Source: a candidate division WOR-3 bacterium (GTDB lineage: Bacteria > Hydrothermota > Tepidihabitantia > Tepidihabitantales > DTDR01). Taken from it: a DNA stretch of 16,650 nucleotides. A program made the translations under genes and the position numbers. The DNA lies in assembly GCA_039801885.1 (NCBI GenBank), contig JBDRVN010000039.1, positions 1-16,650 of the forward strand, read 5' to 3'. The stretch's first letter is position 1, and each line of letters opens with the position of its first letter. Positions 7,068 to 13,238 of the stretch are shown one piece after another. The notes beneath the pieces are model-generated. The model searched no databases and was not told where the DNA came from. It saw only the letters and a list, made by a program, of their open reading frames with translations.

Positions 7068-7971
7068 AAATTTGTCATTTATCTTGCTGTTCTTTTTCTG
7101 TCAGAAAGAGAATTATTTAAGTTTTAAAATCTTTTTTATTGATGTTGGCCACGGAGATGCAATTTTAATAAAAATCCCTGATGATACTCGTTACCAAAAT
7201 ATTTTAATTGATGGAGGCGAAGAAAAATATAGCGAAGATATTCTAATTCCCTTCTTAAAAAAGGAAAAGGTTGATACTTTTAATTACCTTTTTATTACTC
7301 ATAATCATAGCGACCATCTTGGTGGAATATTAAAAGTATTAGATAGTTTTTATGTATTAAATTTAATCACCTCTCAAAAAAAGGGAGATACCAAATTATA
7401 CTTTAGATTTTTAGAAAAATTAAACCAATTAGGATTAACTCCCAAAAAAATTCAGATTGGCGATAGTTTTCTTATTGGGAAGAAGACTAAAATAAAAATT
7501 TTGAATTGTTATAAAAAGGAAGATGATGAGAATAATAGTAGTTTGGTTTTAAGATTGGTCTACGATACTTTTGCTTTTCTTTTTACTGGTGATATTGAAG
7601 GGAAAAAAAGAGAGGAAAATAGCAGAATTTGTCGTTATACTGAAAAATTCCTTGTTGAAAAATTTAATAAAGAACTAAAAGCAAAAGTATTAAAAGTTCC
7701 TCATCATGGAAGCGAGACATCTTTAACGGATACTTTCTTAAAATTGGTTTCTCCGGAGATTGCCATTATTACTGCTGGAAGAAAGAAATTTGGCAATGTA
7801 ATTTTACCTGATACAACAGTAACTTTAAGGCTTTTAGAAAATAATCTCAAAATATTTAGAACTGATAAAGATGATTATTCTTATGAAAATGCTCCCGATG
7901 ATGACCATATTTTAATTGAAATAAAAAATAACAATTTTATATGCAAATATTATTCTTATTTGATTTTTTAA
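7057..7971 (+). CDS. ComEC/Rec2-type metallo-beta-lactamase-fold hydrolase, stand-alone and probably exported
   Basis: DVGHGDA, LIDGG, THNHSDHLGG, ENNSSLVL, FTGD and KVPHHGS motifs. A short hydrophobic N-terminus ends in Cys15. There is no membrane Competence domain. Confidence 0.85.
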   Translation: MKFKNLSFILLFFFCQKENYLSFKIFFIDVGHGDAILIKIPDDTRYQNILIDGGEEKYSEDILIPFLKKEKVDTFNYLFITHNHSDHLGGILKVLDSFYVLNLITSQKKGDTKLYFRFLEKLNQLGLTPKKIQIGDSFLIGKKTKIKILNCYKKEDDENNSSLVLRLVYDTFAFLFTGDIEGKKREENSRICRYTEKFLVEKFNKELKAKVLKVPHHGSETSLTDTFLKLVSPEIAIITAGRKKFGNVILPDTTVTLRLLENNLKIFRTDKDDYSYENAPDDDHILIEIKNNNFICKYYSYLIF

Positions 7972-7987
7972 AAAATATAATTAAAAT
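7960..7987 (+). promoter_or_regulatory. sigma70-type promoter TTGATT-N16-TAAAAT for tRNA-Met and ilvE
   Basis: -35 at 7960-7965 and -10 at 7982-7987, with 7 nt between the -10 and tRNA G1. Confidence 0.6.
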
Positions 7988-7994
7988 TAATATG

Positions 7995-8067
7995 GGCGGC
8001 GTAGCTCAGTTGGCAGAGCAGGAGAATCATAATCTCCGTGTCAGGGGTTCGATTCCCTTCGCCGCCA
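7995..8067 (+). tRNA. tRNA with CAT anticodon, most likely elongator tRNA-Met; CCA not encoded
   Basis: Cloverleaf: acceptor GGCGGCG/CGCCGCC plus A73, D-stem GCTC/GAGC, anticodon arm GGAGA-ATCATAA-TCTCC, T-arm AGGGG-TTCGATT-CCCTT. G1-C72 is paired and the three-GC anticodon stem is absent, so it is not the initiator. G2-C71 and C3-G70 favour Met over Ile2. Confidence 0.93.
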
Positions 8068-8092
8068 TTTTTTTATTTAAAAAGGAGGGAAG

Positions 8093-9013
8093 ATGCCAAT
8101 AAATGAAACAAAATATATCTGGATGGATGGTAAACTTGTTCCTTGGCAAGAAGCAAAAATTCATATTCTTTCCCATGTAATTCATTATGGAACAGGTGTT
8201 TTTGAAGGCTTGCGATGTTATAAAACAAAAAAAGGCTCGGCTATCTTTCGTTTAAAAGAACATACCGAAAGACTTTTTAATTCAGCAAAGATTTATAGAA
8301 TGGAAATTCCTTATTCCCAAGAAGAAATAAATAAAGCGGTCATTGAAACAATTAAAGCCAATGGGTTAGAAGAATGTTATATTAGACCGATTGTTTATCG
8401 GGGTTATAGTGAAATTGGAGTCAATCCTTTTGGCTGTCCGGTTTGTGTGGCGATTGCTACTTTCTATTGGGGAAAATATTTGGGAAGTCAGGCAACCGAA
8501 GAAGGTGTTGATGTAATGGTTTCCTCTTGGAACCGAATGGCACCAAATACTTTTCCGGCAATGGCAAAAGTATGTGCCAATTATATGAACTCCCAATTAA
8601 TAAAAATGGAGGCAATAACTTATGGTTTTGTTGAAGGAATTGCCTTAGATATCTTTGGTTTTGTCAGTGAAGGCTCCGGCGAAAACATATTTTTAGTTAG
8701 AAACGGAAAACTTTATACTCCACCGCTCAATGCTACAATTCTTCCCGGAATTACTCGGGATACCGTAATTAAAATTGCTAAAGATTTGGGTATTGAAGTT
8801 ATCGAAATGATGATTTTAAGAGAATTTTTATATATTGCTGATGAAGTTTTCTTTACCGGTAGTGCCGCGGAAATAACTCCCATCCGCTCAATAGATAGAA
8901 TAAAAATTGGTGATGGTAAAGTAGGTCCAATTACTAAGAAATTACAGCAGGAATTCTTTGCCATTGTTAATGGTGAAAAAGAAGATAAATATGGCTGGTT
9001 AACCTATTTATGA
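8093..9013 (+). CDS. ilvE: Branched-chain amino acid aminotransferase (PLP fold IV)
   Basis: [15 protein letters not shown], catalytic Lys in [22 protein letters not shown] and [23 protein letters not shown]. Confidence 0.97.
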   Translation: MPINETKYIWMDGKLVPWQEAKIHILSHVIHYGTGVFEGLRCYKTKKGSAIFRLKEHTERLFNSAKIYRMEIPYSQEEINKAVIETIKANGLEECYIRPIVYRGYSEIGVNPFGCPVCVAIATFYWGKYLGSQATEEGVDVMVSSWNRMAPNTFPAMAKVCANYMNSQLIKMEAITYGFVEGIALDIFGFVSEGSGENIFLVRNGKLYTPPLNATILPGITRDTVIKIAKDLGIEVIEMMILREFLYIADEVFFTGSAAEITPIRSIDRIKIGDGKVGPITKKLQQEFFAIVNGEKEDKYGWLTYL

Positions 9014-9462
9014 AAATTGGTATCGGTGCCGACCATCGGGGATTTCGCTTAAAAGAAGAGTTAAAAAAATTTTTGGAAAAGAATAATTATCAAATAAAAG
9101 ATTTTGGAACCTATTCCGAAGAACCTTGCGATTATCCCGATTTTGCTTTTCCCCTTTGTGAAGATTTAATAAAAAAGAAAATTAATCACGGTATTTTAAT
9201 CTGCGGTTCTGGGTTAGGGATGTCAATTTCCGCCAATAAAGTAAAAGGAATAAGAGCAACTCTTTGTCTAAATAAAGAAATGGCAAAGATGGCAAAAAAT
9301 CACAATAATGCTAATGTCTTGGTATTGGCAGCAAATTTCACTTCTTTAGAAACTGCCAAAAAAATAGTCTTAACTTTCCTTAATGAAAATTTTGAAGGCG
9401 GCAGGCATTTAAGAAGGATAAATAAAATAAGAAAATATGAAAATCGTTCCTCTGGCAAGTGA
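9010..9462 (+). CDS. rpiB: Ribose-5-phosphate isomerase B
   Basis: [39 protein letters not shown] and FEGGRH.RR motifs. Confidence 0.95.
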   Translation: MKIGIGADHRGFRLKEELKKFLEKNNYQIKDFGTYSEEPCDYPDFAFPLCEDLIKKKINHGILICGSGLGMSISANKVKGIRATLCLNKEMAKMAKNHNNANVLVLAANFTSLETAKKIVLTFLNENFEGGRHLRRINKIRKYENRSSGK

Positions 9463-10288
9463 TTCCTTAGGAACAAGAAGTATGGCAACTTATATCGAAA
9501 GTAAAAATATTAATATTCTTATTGATCCGGCGGTTGCTCTATCGCCGTCTCGTTTTAACCTTCCACCCCATCCCTTAGAATTACAAAGAAAAAATGAACA
9601 ATTTAATTTGATAAAAGAAAAGGTAAAAGATAGTCTAATCATAATTATTACCCACTATCACTATGATCACCATAATCCTGACGAAACTTATATCTATCAA
9701 AATAAAATTCTTTTAATAAAAGATCCAGAAAATTATATAAATGAATCGCAAAAAATAAGAGCTCGCTACTTTTTAGAAAAAATAAAGGGAGCACCTAAAA
9801 AAATTGAGATTGCCGACAATAAAGAATGGTTGTTTGGAAATATCAAAATAAAATTTTCTAAACCAGTAAAACACGGAGCAAAGGAATACTTGGGATATGT
9901 CATCCAGATATTAATCAATAATGAGCATGAAAAATTTATCTTTACTTCCGATGTTCAAGGTATTGTTGATGAAGAACAATTAAATTTTATTTTAGAAAAT
10001 AACCCGACAATTTTATATGCCGATGGTCCAATGACCTATATGTTAAACTACCGTTATAGAAAAGAGGATTTAGAAATTTCAATAAATAATATAAAAAGAA
10101 TTATCAATGAAACCAATGTGAAAACAATTATTTTAGACCACCATTTAACCAGAGACGAAAATTTCAAAAATTATTTAAAAGAAATTCTAAACCAAAATAA
10201 AACAAAAATATTAACTGCTGCTGAATATTTAGGGAAAGAAAACGAATTATTAGAAGCAAAAAGAAGAGAATTATATAAGAAATTATAA
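9437..10288 (+). CDS. MBL-fold hydrolase, UPF0282/COG2248-like
   Basis: [58 protein letters not shown] and TAAEYLG....LEA.R.ELY. I recall this pattern as the UPF0282 family. Confidence 0.8.
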   Translation: MKIVPLASDSLGTRSMATYIESKNINILIDPAVALSPSRFNLPPHPLELQRKNEQFNLIKEKVKDSLIIIITHYHYDHHNPDETYIYQNKILLIKDPENYINESQKIRARYFLEKIKGAPKKIEIADNKEWLFGNIKIKFSKPVKHGAKEYLGYVIQILINNEHEKFIFTSDVQGIVDEEQLNFILENNPTILYADGPMTYMLNYRYRKEDLEISINNIKRIINETNVKTIILDHHLTRDENFKNYLKEILNQNKTKILTAAEYLGKENELLEAKRRELYKKL

Positions 10289-10289
10289 A

Positions 10290-11456
10290 TTAAAAAACCT
10301 CCAAGAAGAAGGTTCTTAAATATTCGGTTTCGGGCATGCTTAATAAAATTGGGTGGTCTGGTCCTTGGGTTGTACGGTCAATTATCCGGAAATTTCTTTT
10401 GGCATCTTCCGCAGCAGCATTTAAAGTATCTAAAAAATCTTGCCAATAAAAATGGTGAGAACAGGTAGAAGTGACCAAAATACCACCGGGCTTTAATAGT
10501 TTCATTGCCCACAAATTTATATCTTTATAACCTCTTAAAGCACCGCTTAACTCCTTTCTGCTTTTCAAAAAAGGCGGAGGGTCAAGAATAATTAAATCAA
10601 ATTTCATTTTATTCTTATATAAATTTCTTAATTCATTAAAAGCATTACCGACAATAAAGTGGCAAACTTTATCAACTTTATTTAATTCTGAATTCTTTTT
10701 TGCTAATCCAATCGCTTGCTGGTTACCATCAACTCCTAAAATTTCCTTGGCGCCTCCTAAGGCAGCATTGACTGAAAAACTACCAGTATAACAAAAGACA
10801 TCCAAAACCTTTTTATTTTTTGCCAATTCCCTTACTTTTTTTCTAGTTATTCGATGGTCAAAAAAATATCCAGTCTTCTGACCATTTTTTATATCCACAT
10901 AAAGTTTTACACCATTTTCACTAATCATTACTAAATCTTCTAATTCACCATAAACTAATCTATCATATCTTTCTAATTTTTCTAACTCTCTTAAACGGAA
11001 ATCGTTCTTCTCAAAGATTGATTTTACTGGAAAAATCTCTTTTAATGTTTGAAAAATTCTATCTTTTCTAACTTCCACACCATAAGAATAAATTTGAATA
11101 ACAAAATGATTTTGGTATTTATCAATTACTGTTCCGGTTAATAAATCACTTTCGCCGTAAACCAAACGAAAATCTTCTTCTTCCGGCAAAACAGCTTTCC
11201 GATATTCATAGGCTTTTAAAATTCTTTCTTTTATTAAAGGAGCATCAAAATCTTCGTCTTGAAAAGAGTAAATTCTTACTGCGATATTACTCTCAAAATT
11301 AAAAAGCCCATTACCAATAAACTCATCGTCTTCATAAACTGAGCAAATATCACCTTTATTTAAATTTTTCTCTTTTTTTATTATCTCATTTTTTAAAATC
11401 CAAAGATAATTTTTTATAACTTTTTTTCTTTTAACAAAAACTTTTTTAAAGGGCAT
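10290..11456 (-). CDS. RlmI/RlmK-family class I SAM-dependent rRNA methyltransferase
   Basis: RLVYGESD.L.G..IDKY, GQKTGYFFD.R, VLDVFCYTGSF, LDPPPF, catalytic Cys in TSTCS, and DHPILL..PETEYL. Confidence 0.9.
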   Translation of the reverse strand: MPFKKVFVKRKKVIKNYLWILKNEIIKKEKNLNKGDICSVYEDDEFIGNGLFNFESNIAVRIYSFQDEDFDAPLIKERILKAYEYRKAVLPEEEDFRLVYGESDLLTGTVIDKYQNHFVIQIYSYGVEVRKDRIFQTLKEIFPVKSIFEKNDFRLRELEKLERYDRLVYGELEDLVMISENGVKLYVDIKNGQKTGYFFDHRITRKKVRELAKNKKVLDVFCYTGSFSVNAALGGAKEILGVDGNQQAIGLAKKNSELNKVDKVCHFIVGNAFNELRNLYKNKMKFDLIILDPPPFLKSRKELSGALRGYKDINLWAMKLLKPGGILVTSTCSHHFYWQDFLDTLNAAAEDAKRNFRIIDRTTQGPDHPILLSMPETEYLRTFFLEVF

Positions 11457-12963
11457 CTTTTATAATAATATTATTTTCTTCATCAATTGTATAAATCAAA
11501 TCTTTTCCGTTTTTAGCTTTTGGTGCCAAAAGGATTGGCGGTGGATTACCTTCACCAAAAGGAGGCAATAAAGAAAGTAATTTTTTATTCTCCTCATTAA
11601 TTTCTAAAATTGCTTCATAAAAATTTCTTCTATTGAAATTTTCTTTTAAAGAGAAAATGTTGCTTGCATCTTTAATTACCTTTTCAATAAAATCATTTAA
11701 TTTTTCTTTAGTAATTGAAAAGCCGCAAGCCTTTTTATGCCCACCATAATCAATCAAATATTCTTTATTCAATTTCAAAATTTCTAAAATGCTATTCTTT
11801 TCGTCGCTCCGACATTCTCCAACATACCTTTCATCATTCACTCTGCCGATTACCATAGCCGGTAATTGATATTTCTCAATAAGTTTTCCAGCTACATAAC
11901 CTAAACACCCCAATGTTAACTCATCATCTTTGACAATAATAATTTTATCTGTCATCATCTTTCTCTCTTCAGCAATTTCCAAAGATTTCTTTGCTTCTTC
12001 TTGCCATTTTTTATAACGCCCTTGAAACTCTTGAAAAATCTCTACTGCTTCTTTTTCATTATCGGTAATAAAAAATCTTACTCCCTTATTACCCTCGCTA
12101 CTCGCAAAAATTGGTAAAAGATAAATAATAAAATTACTAACATTAAATTTTTTTCCTTCCAAGATATTTAAAATAGGTGCTTTAAAAATTGGATTAATAC
12201 TCTCAAAACTTTTTAATCCTAAAAAGACTATTGTTCGATTTTCCGAAATCAATGGTACCCGGTCGGCGATTGTTCCTAAAGCAGTGAAAAAAAATAGTTC
12301 TTTTTTACAAGAGTACAATTCTTCCAACGAAATATCCATCAATTCTTTTATTAAACCGATGAGAAATTTAAGAACTACCCCTACCCCTGATAATTCACGA
12401 AAAGGATAGGAAGAATCTTTCCGTTTCGGATTGATTACTGCTTTTGCGGAAGGTAATTTTTCTAATACTTCATGATGATCTATCACTATAACATCGACAT
12501 CAATTTTCTTGGCTTCTTCAATCTCCCAAAAATTGGTTGTTCCGGAATCGACCATAATCACTAAATTTAAACCTTCCTCTTTAAATAATTTTAAATCTTC
12601 TAAATTTAATCCATATTTCTTTTTATGCTTTACTGGAATATAAAAGGAAACCTTGGCTCTTAGATCTTTTAAGATATTATAAAATAAAACAGTCGCCGTA
12701 ATTCCGTCCAAATCTTCATGACCCCATATTAAAATCTTTTCTCCTTCTCTTATGGCTTTTTTTATCCTTTCTATTCCTTTTTCATAATCTGGTAAAATTT
12801 CTGGTGAAAATAACGATTTTAAAGAAGGATAAATAAATTTTTCTACATCTTCTTTTTTCCGATTGTTTCTTAAATAAAGAATTCTTAAAAAACCTTCTGG
12901 TAAACTAATACTTTCTTTTAAAATTCTAAATTCTTCTTCATCTATTGGTATCAATTCCCACAT
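11446..12963 (-). CDS. RecJ-like DHH/DHHA1 phosphoesterase (divergent, C-terminally truncated)
   Basis: GHEDLDG, VDSG, IDHH, INPK...YPF..LSGVGV, LGTIADRVPL..ENR, GGHKKACG and L.PFGEGNP.P. The protein ends about 25 aa after the last motif. Confidence 0.85.
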   Translation of the reverse strand: MWELIPIDEEEFRILKESISLPEGFLRILYLRNNRKKEDVEKFIYPSLKSLFSPEILPDYEKGIERIKKAIREGEKILIWGHEDLDGITATVLFYNILKDLRAKVSFYIPVKHKKKYGLNLEDLKLFKEEGLNLVIMVDSGTTNFWEIEEAKKIDVDVIVIDHHEVLEKLPSAKAVINPKRKDSSYPFRELSGVGVVLKFLIGLIKELMDISLEELYSCKKELFFFTALGTIADRVPLISENRTIVFLGLKSFESINPIFKAPILNILEGKKFNVSNFIIYLLPIFASSEGNKGVRFFITDNEKEAVEIFQEFQGRYKKWQEEAKKSLEIAEERKMMTDKIIIVKDDELTLGCLGYVAGKLIEKYQLPAMVIGRVNDERYVGECRSDEKNSILEILKLNKEYLIDYGGHKKACGFSITKEKLNDFIEKVIKDASNIFSLKENFNRRNFYEAILEINEENKKLLSLLPPFGEGNPPPILLAPKAKNGKDLIYTIDEENNIIIKDAL

Positions 12964-12969
12964 TTTAAT

Positions 12970-12997
12970 ATTATAATTATTTATTAATTTTTGTCAA
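12970..12997 (-). promoter_or_regulatory. Consensus sigma70 promoter TTGACA-N16-TATAAT for the recJ-like/rlmI operon (leaderless)
   Basis: -35 at 12997-12992 and -10 at 12975-12970, then 6 nt (ATTAAA) before the ATG at 12963; no SD. Confidence 0.8.
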
Positions 12998-13139
12998 AAT
13001 ATTTAATATTAAATGCTAAATTTTCAGCAATAGTAATTGAAAAATACAACATTTTTAGGAAAAAGACTATTTTACAATATTTTTAATATTTATAAATCAT
13101 TAAATTTCAATAACTTAGTTAAATAATTTGACAAAAAAT

Positions 13140-13156
13140 TTGGTATAAAAAATGCT
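13140..13156 (+). promoter_or_regulatory. Candidate sigma54 (-24/-12) promoter TTGGTATAAAAAATGCT
   Basis: GG (13142-13143) and GC (13154-13155) are separated by exactly 10 nt, similar to TGGCAC-N5-TTGCW. An IHF-like TTTCAATAACTTA lies at 13105-13117. Confidence 0.55.
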
Positions 13157-13165
13157 AACCCTTAA

Positions 13166-13238
13166 ATGGTCTCTCCGTGCTAATAGGATGCCAATTCTGA
13201 TTGGCGAAAGGGGCGGTTGTGAAAACGCCCCTTTTTTT
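13166..13238 (+). ncRNA. Candidate small RNA (~70 nt) of unknown family
   Basis: A GC-richer island in an AT-rich intergenic region, bounded by the sigma54-like promoter and a + strand terminator. It has an internal hairpin GCCAAT-TCTG-ATTGGC (13190-13205) and a 5' CTCTCC motif. Confidence 0.45.
13207..13238 (+). terminator. Intrinsic terminator, possibly bidirectional
   Basis: Stem GGGGCG (13210-13215)/CGCCCC (13226-13231) followed by T7 on the + strand. On the - strand the stem is followed by only T3, directly after the carboxypeptidase stop. Confidence 0.8.

Noticed and set aside
8065-8067. CCA at the tRNA 3' end as an encoded CCA tail
   Set aside because: These bases are C71, C72 and discriminator A73 of the acceptor stem; the following bases are TTT.
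13128-13155. TTGACA at 13128 (also at 2007 and 2154) as a sigma70 -35
   Set aside because: There is no acceptable -10 hexamer at 16-18 bp spacing on the + strand.
13166-13183. Micro-ORF ATG GTC TCT CCG TGC TAA (MVSPC) at the predicted sRNA start
   Set aside because: Five codons are too short to support from sequence alone, although leaderless translation cannot be excluded in this organism.
13160-13215. HDV-like or hammerhead ribozyme, or fluoride riboswitch, suggested by CTGA..GAAA, GGCGAA and GCTAAT fragments
   Set aside because: I could not build the required P1/P2 pseudoknot or the CUGANGA core by hand, and no downstream + strand gene exists for a riboswitch to control. An Rfam scan would settle it.
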